Source of the DNA: an uncultured cyanobacterium
Lineage (GTDB): Bacteria > Cyanobacteriota > Cyanobacteriia > Cyanobacteriales > CAWUOF01
Direction: 5' to 3'
Length of the DNA: 64,000 bases
Assembly (NCBI GenBank): GCA_963744145.1
Contig: CAVUSO010000001.1
Coordinates: forward strand, 1,998,831-2,062,830
In this document: positions 50,401 through 62,653 of the stretch, in pieces
Layout: each line of letters opens with the position of its first letter
Position numbering within the stretch: the stretch's first letter is position 1
The notes under the pieces: model-generated
Databases searched by the model: none
Seen by the model: only the letters and a program-made list of their open reading frames with translations
What the model was told of the DNA's origin: nothing
Made by a program: the position numbers and the translations under genes

Positions 50401-51888
50401 CTACAGTTACAATACGGTTCGGTTAAGCTAAAAATCAGGTAAAATGAAAGTGTCACCTAAATGGAATGAGTAGGAATGCAGCTCAAAGAATTCACTGTAA
50501 TATCACCTGTGGTCGAATCAGGGATGATCCTCAAAGCGTTAGAAACAGCGATTCCATCGACAGCAATTGAAAAAGCCATTGAAGATACCAATAGAAAAGA
50601 GGAACGACAAAGAGCATTACCAACGCATCTGGTTATCTGTCTAATCATTGGGATGAGTCTATGGTCTAGGGGGTCAATGAGGACAGTGTTGAAAAATCTG
50701 GTTGATGGCTTAAATGAAGCATGGGTCAGAGTTAGTTATTATTGGCGAATACCATGTAAATCATCAATTACAGAAGCTAGACAGCGAGTAGGTGCAGGGG
50801 TAATGCGGCATCTGTTTCACATAGTAGTTAGACCACAGGCTACTAGGGAAACCCCAGGGGCTTTTTTAGGTGAAAAGCGAATTATGGCTGTAGATGGAAC
50901 AGTGTTTGATGTGCCAGATAGCGACACAAATGCCAGAGTATTTGGATATCCAGCTAGTCGTCCTGGAACTAGAGCCGCGTTTCCCAAGGTGCGTTTGGTT
51001 CTATTGATTGAAGCAGGAACACATTTAATTGTAGATGCCTTGATCTGCCCTTACCGAATCGGTGAGCGAGTCAGAGTGAAAAGGTTACTACGGTCAGTCA
51101 CCACTGGAATGTTATTAATGTGGGATCGTGGATTGCATTCTTATGCAATGGTGCAAGCCACCTTGTCCCAAAAATGTGATTATTTGGGACGCATCCCCAA
51201 AAATGTTAAATTTCCTGTGGAGCAGGTATTGGATGATGGTTCCTATCTCTCCTGGATTGCTCCCGACGGCAAGTCGAAAAAACAGGGCATGACCAAAATT
51301 ATGGTTCGAGTCATTGAATACACTATTGATAATGGCGAAGCACAAACTTACCGTCTGATTACCAGTTTGACGGACATCGCTTTATTTCCAGCTTTATTAT
51401 TAGCCACAGAATATCATCGTCGTTGGGAAGTTGAAAATACTATCGATGAATTGAAGGTTCATCAATTGGGACGTAAAACTCTGATTCGTTCTCTTCATCC
51501 CCGTGAAGTGGTTCAGGAAATTTATGGTTGGCTCCTCGGACATTGGGCGGTTCGTTCTCTCATGTTGACCGCGGCCACCTCTGCTCACATCTCCCCTTTA
51601 CGATTGAGTTTTACTGGTACTCTCAATGTTGTCCGTCGTGCTATTCCCAAATTTCAGCGCCTTCAACCAGAAGAATTTCCCCTTTTTTTTAGTTGGTTGA
51701 TCAGGGAAATTTTGGATGAACCAATTCCCAAACGTGAAGGTAGAAGTAACCCTCGTGTTATTAAAAAAACTCGCGCCAAATTTCCATCCAAGAAACCAAT
51801 TCATAGAGGTCAGGGAGTTAAACATGAAACCCTCAATTTTTCTATCCTCAATACTGCTTAAAGCTTAACCGAACCGTATTGCCTACAG
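50401..51888 (+). mobile_element. IS4-family insertion sequence with near-perfect terminal inverted repeats (core CAATACGGTTCGGTTAAGCT, about 20 bp)
   Basis: Left inverted repeat 50401..50429 and right inverted repeat 51862..51888, read directly. Carries transposase 50476..51861. A partial extra inverted-repeat copy follows at 51889..51910. Confidence 0.8.
50476..51861 (+). CDS. IS4-family DDE transposase
   Basis: 461 aa with DDE_Tnp_1-type organisation. Flanked by the inverted repeats above. Confidence 0.75.
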   Translation: MQLKEFTVISPVVESGMILKALETAIPSTAIEKAIEDTNRKEERQRALPTHLVICLIIGMSLWSRGSMRTVLKNLVDGLNEAWVRVSYYWRIPCKSSITEARQRVGAGVMRHLFHIVVRPQATRETPGAFLGEKRIMAVDGTVFDVPDSDTNARVFGYPASRPGTRAAFPKVRLVLLIEAGTHLIVDALICPYRIGERVRVKRLLRSVTTGMLLMWDRGLHSYAMVQATLSQKCDYLGRIPKNVKFPVEQVLDDGSYLSWIAPDGKSKKQGMTKIMVRVIEYTIDNGEAQTYRLITSLTDIALFPALLLATEYHRRWEVENTIDELKVHQLGRKTLIRSLHPREVVQEIYGWLLGHWAVRSLMLTAATSAHISPLRLSFTGTLNVVRRAIPKFQRLQPEEFPLFFSWLIREILDEPIPKREGRSNPRVIKKTRAKFPSKKPIHRGQGVKHETLNFSILNTA

Positions 51889-52050
51889 TTAACTGAACCG
51901 TATTGCTTGCGCCCCTACAAAAATATTTGTCAAATTGAACATTCACGTCACCGGAGTTTTTTGAATTTCCGGCTTCATCAAACTGACGTTAATCAATGCT
52001 ATCAGAGTGAATAATAGCATGATCAGTAGAAATCTTGTTACTGAAAAACC

Positions 52051-52968
52051 CTAATCATTAATATGTGCATAGGATAACACTGTTGCAAGTTGTGATACAT
52101 CTCTATCAACTCTGACAAACCCAAGATATCCCTCAACTGTTATGTGTCTAGGGGTAGTATTATAGCTGGGACAATAGCCTAAGTGATCCTTGGCAAATCG
52201 GTAATTTCCTATATCACAATATCCAGCTAAAACGTATGCCTCTTCATTGTAGGATTGAATCATTCCATAGTGACTATCATAATGTGGCAAGATGGCAAGT
52301 AGCCATGTTGCACCGCCGTTATTATGTTTCCTTAAAAACTTCTTTTTTGCTACTTCAAATTGAACTGTCTCTGTCTTACCCCAAGGTAACAATTTGCTAT
52401 CCAATGCGGGAATAAATTCACTTATTCTTGCGGATGGATGATTGGTTTCTGCATCTTGGTAATTGAGTGGAACAGGTCCGTTTTCCATCCAAAGGATTTC
52501 CACTTCCTCTTCACCTAAAACTTTCCAAGATTCTACTTTTACTCCTGCGGGAATAAAGGAGTAAGAATGTTGATCTAGTCGCCATTCACCAATTTGAATT
52601 TCACCTGCAAGAATAAAAATTTCTAAATCAGCTGTAAAGATACCGGATGGCGCTGCAAATTTGGGTGGTAGTATTACTCTTGAAGTAGATGCACCACAGT
52701 CATGCCAAGTCAGCAATCGTCGTCTTCCTGGTAGTATTTTGTCTGGCATTCCACTGATGCGCCATTCTTGTTCTTCTGGCACAGTATTTGTATTGAAAAA
52801 TTGATACTGACGAGGGACATACTCTTTCGATATTGCTGTGCATCTTCCCGATAGGTTCAATCGTCCGCTACCATCTCCGCCCCAATCCTCTTTTACAGGC
52901 GCTACAGTTAAAAAGTTATCAGGTTGGTCTTTTTCTGCGAAATTAAAATTTCTATTCTCTTCACCCAC
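52051..52968 (-). CDS. Hypothetical protein (possible cupin-like/DUF protein)
   Basis: 305-aa ORF with no recognisable catalytic motif. Confidence 0.3.
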   Translation of the reverse strand: MGEENRNFNFAEKDQPDNFLTVAPVKEDWGGDGSGRLNLSGRCTAISKEYVPRQYQFFNTNTVPEEQEWRISGMPDKILPGRRRLLTWHDCGASTSRVILPPKFAAPSGIFTADLEIFILAGEIQIGEWRLDQHSYSFIPAGVKVESWKVLGEEEVEILWMENGPVPLNYQDAETNHPSARISEFIPALDSKLLPWGKTETVQFEVAKKKFLRKHNNGGATWLLAILPHYDSHYGMIQSYNEEAYVLAGYCDIGNYRFAKDHLGYCPSYNTTPRHITVEGYLGFVRVDRDVSQLATVLSYAHIND

Positions 52969-53035
52969 AATTCCACATTTCTCCTGTTTATATGCTTCTC
53001 CTTACGGAGTCAATTTTAGATCACTTACACTAAAT

Positions 53036-53845
53036 TTATTCTAGAAAATCCATTACTACCTTTGATATTTCTTCAGGTATCTGGTTCATCATGCAAATTG
53101 TTCCACTTTCAATATCAATCATCTTAGCATGAGGAATTGCTGTTAAAATAAACTCCCTATTGTCAGCGTTAGCAAAACCTAGTCTTTCTAATTGTTTTAC
53201 GTCTTCTGTACCCGATAATATTAGGGTTGGAGACTTAATTAAACCCAATCTTGCTTCCATTCTTTGGCAGTAGTCAATCACAGCCAAAGGTGCATACCAA
53301 GGATGGCCAAAACATTTTAAATCGTCTAGAACCCAACGGTGATTTAACTCAGCAGAACCTATATAGTTTGCTCTCGCTAACCATCTTTGCATGAGATGGG
53401 AACCGTCTGCTTGTATATTAAGATTTTCAAATTTATTGGATAAAGCTACTTTTCCCGATTCACTAAAATTATCTATGTTGCATAAGATAATTTTTTCAAC
53501 TCGCTCAGAATAAGCTGCTGCTACTTCTGCTGCTACACAAGCACCTGTGTGGTTGCCAAGAATACTTGTGGTTTTGATTCCTAATTCGTCCAGGAGTAAA
53601 ATAACAGTTTTTGCATAATCTTCAATTGAATACATTCTTGGAGGTTTATCGGAATCTCCTAATCCCAATAAGTCCATGGCGATAACTAGCCTCTTCTGAG
53701 CAAAGATTGGTATCAATTCTCTAAATTCATCACTACTTCTGAAGTTTTGATGAAGTAAAAGAAGAGGTTTGCCCTTGCCACCAATACGGTAAAGAATCTG
53801 CCCATCTTCGGTATCTAAAAAAGCTCGCTTGATTGGTTGATTCAT
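53036..53845 (-). CDS. Alpha/beta hydrolase fold protein
   Basis: HQNFRSSDEF oxyanion region, an elbow-like LGNHTGACVAAE and a C-terminal His region. Fold assignment is fairly secure. The nucleophile is atypical (Thr/His in place of Ser). Confidence 0.55.
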   Translation of the reverse strand: MNQPIKRAFLDTEDGQILYRIGGKGKPLLLLHQNFRSSDEFRELIPIFAQKRLVIAMDLLGLGDSDKPPRMYSIEDYAKTVILLLDELGIKTTSILGNHTGACVAAEVAAAYSERVEKIILCNIDNFSESGKVALSNKFENLNIQADGSHLMQRWLARANYIGSAELNHRWVLDDLKCFGHPWYAPLAVIDYCQRMEARLGLIKSPTLILSGTEDVKQLERLGFANADNREFILTAIPHAKMIDIESGTICMMNQIPEEISKVVMDFLE

Positions 53846-54364
53846 AGCACTTTGATAAATTTAGGATTTAGGCCAGCTTAAACAGTAAGGTGCCTGCATT
53901 ATTATTCCACTCCACAGATATTAAAGCAAATTTAAATAGTCAGATATAATTGAACATTAAGTGATTTGGATCACACGCAGCTAGAATCAGCGATCGCCTA
54001 ACCATGACCCTAACATCACTCACTGAATTGATGCAAATCATATCAATTCTCAGGTTTTGACTAGATGATGGAATAGTAAAGTTCAGGTTAAAACCATGAC
54101 TACCAATTCTATCGATATCTTCAACGATACTCTCAACGATATCATGTTTAATTCAAGCTATCAAAAGGTGATCACCTCAGAACAGTATGATTTTGTGCTG
54201 AAAACTCTCACCACCAACCTCAATCCAGAATTACAAGCATTGTTAAAAAGGTTGCAGCATAGGATTCGACGTGGTTGGGTAAGAGTTACATAGTTAAATG
54301 CGATCGCATTTAACAGAAATTATGTCAATCTGAATCTGGCGATCGCCTGCTCAATCAAGCTGGA

Positions 54365-55981
54365 CTATTTATTTGGCGATTCTTCAATTTTAAAATAACG
54401 CTCTAATTTCAATGGTTGCACAGGAGTAAGTTTTTTTACTTCCTCAGTTAGATCCAACCAAGGTTGTAATTGATTAGATTGGAATGTATGATTGGTGACT
54501 ACATAAATTGATTTTTGCTCACCACTAATTCCGACAGAAACAACATTTTTCCAAGCCCGAGCATACAGGACATCTAAGCAGCACCATTGGTTATTTTCCC
54601 ACCGTAAACGTCTATAAAAACGAAAAGGTGCTAGTTTTTTTCCTGTCATCAACATTTTTGGCAATAATTGGTAAATTAAATTGGGGGAAAATCTTGCTAT
54701 GATTGATATTACTGAGCGGAAAAATTCCAATTTGATCAGAGTTAGATCCGGGATATTTTCCCAACTTAGCGCACCTTGAATAATAATTTCATCATCAACG
54801 ATTTTAATTTCATATTGCTCTGACATATCAACAATAGCATTTTTTATTTGTCTACCTCTTCGTACTTGCACACTAAACTGGGTATCGGTAAAAATCAGTT
54901 GATCATTGCGAAATATCTGAAAAACTCCTCCTTGTTTAAGCCCCATATATAGTTCCAGATTTTCGCGTCTGTCGATCAGGATACCAGCTTCTTTCAACCA
55001 AATTTGTCCTCGTTCTCGTTGGGGTTTTGCTGGACGTTCAGATCCAAAATCTTGCCAAGCTAATAAATAATTGCTCAACCGATGTCCACTGATATAATCA
55101 TCAGCATAGCCAAGGTTTTGGTGATTAGCAAGAAGCGTTAAAAAAGCATCATTAATTTGCAAAGCTTCTGGATACCAACGACCAACTAATTCAAACCCAT
55201 GGGGAAAGAAATTATAGGTGTTGTAATTACCAGATTCACCACTATAGGAATGATCAGGGTAAATAAATTGAATTGCTAATTTAACAGCTTTAACGATCGC
55301 TTCTTTTAGTCGTTCATCTGGTCGAATTTCATAGAGTCGAGCTAAACAAGATATAGTTAATGTCTGCTCACCAGGCTCGAAACCGATCGCTTCAGGAAAC
55401 CAACCTTGTTCATTTTGTAAATCCAAAAACCGCTCTAGACGTAACGTTTTTTCTCGATCCCATTTGGGACTTTGGCAAACTTGTCCTAAGCGTTCTAAAC
55501 ACAAGATAATTAGTGCTTGATGATTAGTTAATTGATGGGTTTTAGGTAATTTGACTAGCCAGTTTCCTTGATTCTTAAAAAATTGAAAAACTTTTTTATT
55601 AGCCAATCCTAATAATTGATAACTTTCCAGACAAGCTAATAAGGAAAATACTGCTGCTGTACTTCCATATTGCAGCGGATAATAGTAATCCCAAAGAGGA
55701 AAGAAATTGCTACTTTTAGCAGTATAAATAATTGCTGCTTCCACCCAATCGCGGAGCAGTGGTTGTTGATAGAATGAATTATTGGGAATATCAGTAGCGT
55801 ACACTAAAGCAAGTGGCCAGACTAATTCTTGTCCACTTCGATTGGGAAAGTTAGTAATTTTATAGTGCCAAAAATTGCGATCGAAACACCCATAAGTAGG
55901 ACTATGGGGATGACGATCTAACAGTGTTAAGAGTTTCGGAATTTGGGCTAAAGCGACAAGGGCAAACAGCTCTTTACTCAC
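54365..55981 (-). CDS. Hypothetical protein, possibly heparinase II/III-like (alpha/alpha-toroid) polysaccharide-processing enzyme
   Basis: 538 aa with Trp/Tyr-rich helical-repeat composition. No firm motif. Confidence 0.3.
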   Translation of the reverse strand: MSKELFALVALAQIPKLLTLLDRHPHSPTYGCFDRNFWHYKITNFPNRSGQELVWPLALVYATDIPNNSFYQQPLLRDWVEAAIIYTAKSSNFFPLWDYYYPLQYGSTAAVFSLLACLESYQLLGLANKKVFQFFKNQGNWLVKLPKTHQLTNHQALIILCLERLGQVCQSPKWDREKTLRLERFLDLQNEQGWFPEAIGFEPGEQTLTISCLARLYEIRPDERLKEAIVKAVKLAIQFIYPDHSYSGESGNYNTYNFFPHGFELVGRWYPEALQINDAFLTLLANHQNLGYADDYISGHRLSNYLLAWQDFGSERPAKPQRERGQIWLKEAGILIDRRENLELYMGLKQGGVFQIFRNDQLIFTDTQFSVQVRRGRQIKNAIVDMSEQYEIKIVDDEIIIQGALSWENIPDLTLIKLEFFRSVISIIARFSPNLIYQLLPKMLMTGKKLAPFRFYRRLRWENNQWCCLDVLYARAWKNVVSVGISGEQKSIYVVTNHTFQSNQLQPWLDLTEEVKKLTPVQPLKLERYFKIEESPNK

Positions 55982-56176
55982 GTTATGTTACCTAAAAATG
56001 ACCTTGATCAAATACTAGACTAACTCAAAATTTGGGTTTAGCTAGTTGGTCTCGATCTTAGCAGGTTTGCTGACAAATGGTTGGTTTTGGCGATCGCGAT
56101 TTCCCCTGTGCCAATCATAAACTACTAGCATGGACTGCATTTTATGGTAAACTAAAATATTAGGTATAGGTAGTTT

Positions 56177-59100
56177 ATGCGAGAAATTTTTATGCAGCTT
56201 TTGTCATCAGCTTTGATTATCCTTCTTCCAGAGATTGATCTAGGGAATCCCAAATTAATCTGGCTGCAAATTGGCTCAGAATTAATTAGCGCTTTTTCTT
56301 ATTACTTAATGCTCGCGATTATGGTCTATATGTTCCGTCATAGATGGAATCTAATTGGGAACGGGATACTTCTGTTATTAGGTGCTTTTTTGATTTTGTG
56401 TGGCACTAACCATTTACTTGCAGCATGGATTTGGTGTCAACCAATTGTAGAGACACCAACAATTATAGCTAAATTATATTGGGCTTCAGGTTTACTCAAA
56501 TTCCTCACTGCTTTAGTTAGTATTTTTACCGTTTGGCGTTTGGGATTATTTATCCCTACTATACTTACTAAATGTCCAGCTCAAGATAATGTGAATTTTC
56601 AAATATTCCTTGATTCTATTATTGAAAATATTCCTGATATGATTTTTGTCAAAGATGCTAAAAATCTTCAATTTGTGCGTTTTAACAAAGCTGGAGAAGA
56701 ATTACTAGGATATAGTAGAGAGGAATTAATTGGTAAAAATGATTATGATTTTTTTCCAAAAGAAGAAGCAGATTTTTTTACATCTAAAGATCGAGAAGTA
56801 TTGAAAAATAGTCCTAATGTTACAGATATTACCGAAGAAAAAATCCAAACTAAAAAACAAGGTGTCAGAATCTTACATACTAAAAAAATAGTTATTTGTG
56901 ATCAAAATAAACAGCCTAAATATTTATTAGGAATTTCCGCCGATATTACTGAGCGCAAACGTTCAGAAGAAGAATTACGAGAATCAGAAGCAGCAATTCG
57001 TTCTTTGTATGAAATTGCCTCAGCATCTTCATTAATGTTTGAACAGCGATTGCAAGATTTGTTGGCAATGGGTTGTCGTCGGTTTGGATTAGAAATAGGT
57101 ATTTTATGTCGAATAACTGAAGAAAAAGAATCTGAAGTTATTGCTTTTAATTTATCTGAAAATGCTAATTTAACTATCTCTCCAGCAGATTTTGGTAATT
57201 TAAACAATATTTTTTATCAAAAATTAGAATTAAAAAATTCTTCATCTGTATCTGATCCTGTCTTCAATTTTGAGCGGGACATTTTAGATAATTTTCAAGG
57301 GGAAGAAATAAATTTTGATTTAACTTATAATCAGCAAAAGACAGCCAAATTACCAACTTATTTAGGAGCAGTAATAGTTGTAGCAGGTCAAAATTATGGA
57401 ACTATTAGTTTTTGGAGTTTTTTCCCTCGTTCTGCACCATTTAAAGCGGGCGATCGCAAGATTTTACAACTAATGTCACAGTGGGTAGGGGGAGAAATTG
57501 AACGTCAAATTGCAGAAACATCTCTCCAAAATCAATTTCAACGAGCAGAATTAATTAAACAAATTACTCAAGAAATTCGAGCGAAGTTAGATACTCAAGA
57601 AATCTTTCAAACCACCAGCAATTTACTCGGGAAAGGGTTTCAAGTCAATCGCTGTATAATTCATAGTTACGTCACCGAGCCGATCGCCAAAGTTCCATTT
57701 ATGGCTGAATATTTAGAACCGGGATATGAATCAATTTTGAATTTAGAAATACCAATTATTGGTAATCCTTACATGGAACAATTACTAGCATCAGATCGAG
57801 CGATCGCTTGTGCGGATGTGAGAACAGAACCATTACTAAAAAACATTGAAAGCATCTGTCAGCAAATCCAACTCAAATCAATATTAACAATTCGGACTTC
57901 TTATCAAAGACAGCCAAATGGAGCGATTAGCTTACATCAGTGTGATCATTTTCGTCAGTGGACAGAGCCAGAAATCGAACTCCTCGAAGCAGTTGCAGCC
58001 CAAGTAGGAATTGCTTTAGCTCAAGCACGTTTATTAGAACAAGAAAAACGCCAACGTCAACAATTATCTGAACAAAATTTAGCATTAGAGCAAGCAAAAA
58101 TTGCTGCGGAAGCTGCGAACCAGGCAAAAAGTGAATTCTTAGCGATGATGAGTCATGAAATTCGGACACCAATGAATGGTGTGATCGGGATGACCGGATT
58201 ACTCCTATATACAGATTTAACTGCTCAACAACGAGACTTTGTCGAAACAATCCGCAATAGTGGGGATGCGTTACTAACAATTATTAATGATATTCTCGAT
58301 TTTTCCAAAATTGAAGCTGGAAAACTTGAATTAGAAGAACAACCCTTTGAGTTACGCAGTTGTATTGAGGAAGCTCTTGATCTCCTAGCACCTAAAGCAG
58401 CCGAAAAAGAATTAGAATTAGCTTATATTATCGCTCCTCATAGTCCCAACCACTTTGTTGGTGACGTGACTCGTTTGCGGCAGATTTTAGTGAATCTAGT
58501 TAATAATGCCATTAAATTTACTAATCATGGCGAAGTCATAGTCTCGGTTACAGCAATTAGTAAAGAATCAGAAATTAATCATGCCAAATTTGAAAATATT
58601 TCCCCGAACGCTCGGAATGTTATAACTACTGATTATGAAATTATTTTTGCCGTAAAAGATACAGGGATTGGAATTCCTCCGGAACGGATGAATCGGTTAT
58701 TTCGTTTTTTTACTCAGGTAGATTCATCCACAAATCGTCAATATGGAGGCACCGGATTGGGGTTAGCAATTAGTAAACAATTGACCGAAATAATGGGTGG
58801 TAGAATGTGGGTAGAAAGTATGGGTGCGATCGCAGGTAATCCTCCAGAGTCAGCCCTGGGTAACCAGACTGACATGTCAATCAATCAACTAATTTTACCT
58901 CAATTTTTATTATCAACCAGCCCTCATTTCCACTCAATTTCCTCGAGCCTCGGTTCTACTTTTTATTTCAGTGTGATGGTTAAATCAGTTCCAGATATTT
59001 CACCGAGAAAAAAAATTCAGTTATTGCCCCAGTTGAATGGTAAACGTTTACTGATTGTGGATGATAATACTACTCATCGCCAAATTTTAACTTGGCTAGC

Positions 59101-60343
59101 ATTATCTTGGGGAATGCTACCCCGAAATGCCCAATCAGCAACAGAAGCTCTGACATTACTCCAGACCAATGAACCCTTTGATCTGGCAATTTTGGATATG
59201 CAAATGCCAGAAATAGATGGATTAACCTTAGCTAAACAAATTAAATTGTTACCAGAACGTAAATCTTTGCCGTTGGTAATGTTAACTTCCATCGGTAAAC
59301 CACCAATGCAGTCAGAAGCAGAAATAATTGAATTAGCTGCTTGGTTAGCCAAACCAATCAAACAATCCCAGCTTTATGAATTATTTCAGCAAATCTTCAG
59401 CAAACTCGAACCGTCAGAAATTGTCTCACCCTCAGATCAAAATATTTCACAGAATCAAGCAGATTGGGCTTGGGGCAAAGCTCGTCAACCTGGTAGTTTA
59501 TTTACTCCTATTACCAAAATTCACACTTCTTTAAGAATTCTTTTAGCAGAAGATAATGTGGTGAATCAAAAAGTAGCCCTACGTTTACTAGAACGATTGG
59601 GATATCGGGCTGATGTAGTTGCGAATGGATTAGAGGTTTTGGCAGCACTAGAGCGCCAAAGATATGATGTAGTCTTAATGGATGTGCAAATGCCGGAAAT
59701 GGACGGTTTAACAGCAACTAAGCTCATTTGTGAAAAAAAACTACCCGCTGATCGACCTTGGATTATTGCCATGACCGCTAATGCTATGCAAGGCGATCGG
59801 GAAATATGTCTAGCAGCAGGCATGAATGATTATATTAGTAAACCAATTCAAATGGAAGGATTGGAGTTAGCCTTATTGCGTTCTAGCCCAGTTGATTTAG
59901 CCCCACCAGATCTAGATTCTGGACCAGCAATCACCAGCGTGGAATCTTCCCGTTTGCGATATCTATCAATTCTCAGTCCAGCTCTGGATGCAAAAGTATG
60001 GAAAATCTGGAGGGAAAAAGTCAGTCAGGGAAATAAAGTTATTCTCAATCAAGCCATCGAGACATACTTAAATAAAGCTACTCATCTAGTTCAAGTGATC
60101 GCGATCGCTGTTGATGCTTTTGATGGGGCAGAGTTAGTCCAGGCAGCGATCGAGTTAAAATCGATCAGTTTAGATATCGGTGCCAATATTCTGGCATCTC
60201 TATGTTTGGAATTAGAAGCATTAGGACGGGAAGGTTTTCCCCCTGATCGATGGACACTGCTTGCCTCTATTGCCTTAGCTTATGCTTCACAAGTAGATGC
60301 AGAATATGAAAGAGTGAAAATCGCTTTAGCGAGCGAAATCTAG
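56177..60343 (+). CDS. Hybrid sensor histidine kinase with N-terminal ETR1-type ethylene-binding transmembrane domain, PAS, 2x GAF, HisKA-HATPase, 2x REC and C-terminal Hpt
   Basis: The N-terminal TM region aligns with the Arabidopsis ETR1 ethylene-binding domain ([19 protein letters not shown] / [32 protein letters not shown] against ETR1 DFFIAIAYFSIPLELIYF / [26 protein letters not shown]), including the Cu-ligand Cys and His. H-box [17 protein letters not shown]-box [10 protein letters not shown]. Two receiver domains ([18 protein letters not shown]). Confidence 0.8.
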   Translation: MREIFMQLLSSALIILLPEIDLGNPKLIWLQIGSELISAFSYYLMLAIMVYMFRHRWNLIGNGILLLLGAFLILCGTNHLLAAWIWCQPIVETPTIIAKLYWASGLLKFLTALVSIFTVWRLGLFIPTILTKCPAQDNVNFQIFLDSIIENIPDMIFVKDAKNLQFVRFNKAGEELLGYSREELIGKNDYDFFPKEEADFFTSKDREVLKNSPNVTDITEEKIQTKKQGVRILHTKKIVICDQNKQPKYLLGISADITERKRSEEELRESEAAIRSLYEIASASSLMFEQRLQDLLAMGCRRFGLEIGILCRITEEKESEVIAFNLSENANLTISPADFGNLNNIFYQKLELKNSSSVSDPVFNFERDILDNFQGEEINFDLTYNQQKTAKLPTYLGAVIVVAGQNYGTISFWSFFPRSAPFKAGDRKILQLMSQWVGGEIERQIAETSLQNQFQRAELIKQITQEIRAKLDTQEIFQTTSNLLGKGFQVNRCIIHSYVTEPIAKVPFMAEYLEPGYESILNLEIPIIGNPYMEQLLASDRAIACADVRTEPLLKNIESICQQIQLKSILTIRTSYQRQPNGAISLHQCDHFRQWTEPEIELLEAVAAQVGIALAQARLLEQEKRQRQQLSEQNLALEQAKIAAEAANQAKSEFLAMMSHEIRTPMNGVIGMTGLLLYTDLTAQQRDFVETIRNSGDALLTIINDILDFSKIEAGKLELEEQPFELRSCIEEALDLLAPKAAEKELELAYIIAPHSPNHFVGDVTRLRQILVNLVNNAIKFTNHGEVIVSVTAISKESEINHAKFENISPNARNVITTDYEIIFAVKDTGIGIPPERMNRLFRFFTQVDSSTNRQYGGTGLGLAISKQLTEIMGGRMWVESMGAIAGNPPESALGNQTDMSINQLILPQFLLSTSPHFHSISSSLGSTFYFSVMVKSVPDISPRKKIQLLPQLNGKRLLIVDDNTTHRQILTWLALSWGMLPRNAQSATEALTLLQTNEPFDLAILDMQMPEIDGLTLAKQIKLLPERKSLPLVMLTSIGKPPMQSEAEIIELAAWLAKPIKQSQLYELFQQIFSKLEPSEIVSPSDQNISQNQADWAWGKARQPGSLFTPITKIHTSLRILLAEDNVVNQKVALRLLERLGYRADVVANGLEVLAALERQRYDVVLMDVQMPEMDGLTATKLICEKKLPADRPWIIAMTANAMQGDREICLAAGMNDYISKPIQMEGLELALLRSSPVDLAPPDLDSGPAITSVESSRLRYLSILSPALDAKVWKIWREKVSQGNKVILNQAIETYLNKATHLVQVIAIAVDAFDGAELVQAAIELKSISLDIGANILASLCLELEALGREGFPPDRWTLLASIALAYASQVDAEYERVKIALASEI

Positions 60344-60345
60344 CA

Positions 60346-61965
60346 ATGTTAGGCATAAATAATCTTGAAATCGAAAAAACCTCCCAGATTATTCTCGTGG
60401 TCGATGATGACCGAGCCATGAGGATTTTGCTCCGACGGGCGATGGAACAAGAAGGTTATCAAGTTGAAGAAGCTCAAGATGGTGAACAGTGTTTAGCTGC
60501 TTATCAACGTCTGTCTCCCCATATTATTCTGATGGATGCAATGATGCCCATCATGGATGGCTTTACTTGTTGTATCCAGCTCAAACAAATGGAGAAAAAA
60601 CACGATCGCCAAACTCCGGTGTTAATGATTACTGGTCTTGATGATCCGAAATCTGTAGATCGTGCTTTTGATGCTGGTGCGATCGATTACGTCACTAAAC
60701 CAATTCATTGGCCCGTTCTGCGCCAGCGGGTCCGTCGTTTGTTAGAAGCTAGTCGTGCGATGGAGGAGTTACGACAGCAAACTCAGCGGGAAAGACTGAT
60801 GTTGGAAATGCAAGAAAGTATCCGTCAGTCTCTTAATCTCAAAGAAATTCTCAACACTACAGTACAGGAGGTGCAGAAATTTTTGGCTACCGATCGGGTA
60901 ATCATTTATTCTTTTCAGTCAAATTGGTACGGAACTGTAATAGTGGAATCAGTCGCATCTGGCTGGCTCCCAATGGTAAATTTGGATCTCAAAGATTTTG
61001 GTTTTAGCAATTCCGAAAATTTCTTATCTTGCTCGATCATTCAACAATATCAACAAGGCTACTGCCAAGCCATCAATGATATTCAGCAGGTTGAGGTAGA
61101 ACCTTGTTACGTCAATTTATTAGCTCATTTTCAGATTAGAGCTAGTTTAATTGTGCCGATTTTGCAAGAATCTAATCCCCCATCTAGTCTTTATCCCGCT
61201 TCATCAGAATGGTCTACCATCAATGCTGATTTTTTCCGCTCACCCATGAGTGGCGCGTCCGTTCCCCCCTATAATTCTCAGCAGGGCTTATGGGGATTGT
61301 TGATTGCTCATCAATGTTCAGGTCCCCGTCGTTGGCAACAATCGGAAATTGATCTGGTGAAACGTCTAGCCACTCAAGTAGCGATCGCGATTAAACAAGC
61401 TCAACTCTATCAAAAATTAGAAGAAGCTAACCGAGAATTGCAACGTCTTTCTACTTCTGATAGCTTAACTGGATTAGCCAATCGTCGTCGTTTTGATCAA
61501 TACTTTGAATGGGAATGGGTACGTCTATCTCGTGAACCTGGTTACCTTTCTTTGATTATTTGTGATCTTGATTTTTTCAAAACTTATAACGATACTTATG
61601 GTCATCAAGCTGGAGATTCTTGTTTACAGCAAGTTGCTGATGCAATTCGGATGGTAGCACGTCGTGCCAGTGATTTAGTTGCTCGTTATGGTGGTGAGGA
61701 GTTTGCTGTAATTTTACCCAATACAGACCTAGGTGGTGCTGTCCAAGTTGCTGAAATAATTCGTGCTGAAGTAGCCCAACTCAAAATTTCCCATCCTCAG
61801 CATGAGGTAAAACCATCAGTAACTCTTAGCTTAGGGGTAGCTAGCACAATTCCTAACCCCCATTCTTTCCCAGCTCAACTAATTGCCGCAGCAGATACAG
61901 CTCTTTATCAAGCTAAAGCCCAAGGACGTAATCGGGTCGTTGGCACTAATTATTCTACAACATGA
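60346..61965 (+). CDS. Response regulator with REC, GAF and GGDEF (diguanylate cyclase) domains
   Basis: REC ([11 protein letters not shown]), a central GAF, and a GGDEF active site RYGGEEF. Starts 3 bp after the hybrid kinase stop. Confidence 0.85.
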   Translation: MLGINNLEIEKTSQIILVVDDDRAMRILLRRAMEQEGYQVEEAQDGEQCLAAYQRLSPHIILMDAMMPIMDGFTCCIQLKQMEKKHDRQTPVLMITGLDDPKSVDRAFDAGAIDYVTKPIHWPVLRQRVRRLLEASRAMEELRQQTQRERLMLEMQESIRQSLNLKEILNTTVQEVQKFLATDRVIIYSFQSNWYGTVIVESVASGWLPMVNLDLKDFGFSNSENFLSCSIIQQYQQGYCQAINDIQQVEVEPCYVNLLAHFQIRASLIVPILQESNPPSSLYPASSEWSTINADFFRSPMSGASVPPYNSQQGLWGLLIAHQCSGPRRWQQSEIDLVKRLATQVAIAIKQAQLYQKLEEANRELQRLSTSDSLTGLANRRRFDQYFEWEWVRLSREPGYLSLIICDLDFFKTYNDTYGHQAGDSCLQQVADAIRMVARRASDLVARYGGEEFAVILPNTDLGGAVQVAEIIRAEVAQLKISHPQHEVKPSVTLSLGVASTIPNPHSFPAQLIAAADTALYQAKAQGRNRVVGTNYSTT

Positions 61966-62576
61966 TGACTACTCTATATCAATATATTTTGTTTTATAAG
62001 CCCTATGGGGTGTTAAGCCAATTTACTGATCATCCTAGTCAAGACTGTTTACGTCCTACTCTGAAAGACTATATTCCTGTTCCTTCTGTTTATCCAGTTG
62101 GACGACTAGATACAGATAGTGAAGGGTTAATGCTATTAACTAATGATGGCAAATTACAAAATCGTCTTTGTCACCCTCGTTTTGCCCATCCCCGGACTTA
62201 TTGGGTGCAAGTTGAACATATTCCAGATGATTTAGCCCTGATCCAACTCGCTCAAGGGGTCGTTATTCAAAATTATCATACTCGTCCAGCTCAAGTCCAG
62301 TTATTGTCGGTGCCCCCTCATCTTCCCCCTCGCGATCCACCCATTCGCTTTCGCAAAAATGTCCCAACTGCTTGGCTGGAAATTACTCTGACTGAAGGTA
62401 AAAATCGTCAAGTACGTCGGATGACTGCTGTGGTAGGATTTCCAACTTTGCGCTTGGTCCGGGTCGCGATCGGCTTTCTCCGTTTAGATGGTCTTGAACT
62501 CGGTCAATGGCGTAACTTAACTGGGGCTGAAGTAGCTCAGTTAAAACGGCTGAAAACTTCGGATTTTAGACTTTAA
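61962..62576 (+). CDS. Pseudouridine synthase, RsuA/RluE family (no S4 domain)
   Basis: Catalytic motif [18 protein letters not shown]. 204 aa. Confidence 0.75.
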   Translation: MMTTLYQYILFYKPYGVLSQFTDHPSQDCLRPTLKDYIPVPSVYPVGRLDTDSEGLMLLTNDGKLQNRLCHPRFAHPRTYWVQVEHIPDDLALIQLAQGVVIQNYHTRPAQVQLLSVPPHLPPRDPPIRFRKNVPTAWLEITLTEGKNRQVRRMTAVVGFPTLRLVRVAIGFLRLDGLELGQWRNLTGAEVAQLKRLKTSDFRL

Positions 62577-62653
62577 GCGATCGAGAAGTTCTTCCTGACT
62601 CTTACCCAAAACCCAAAATCCAAAATTTTCATCACCATTTTGGTTGCAATAGT

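Noticed and set aside
57500-58000. Possible cyanobacteriochrome (CBCR) photosensory GAF in the hybrid kinase
   Set aside because: Neither GAF contains the adjacent Cys-His bilin-binding dyad. The closest stretch is LHQCDHF, where an Asp separates the Cys and His.
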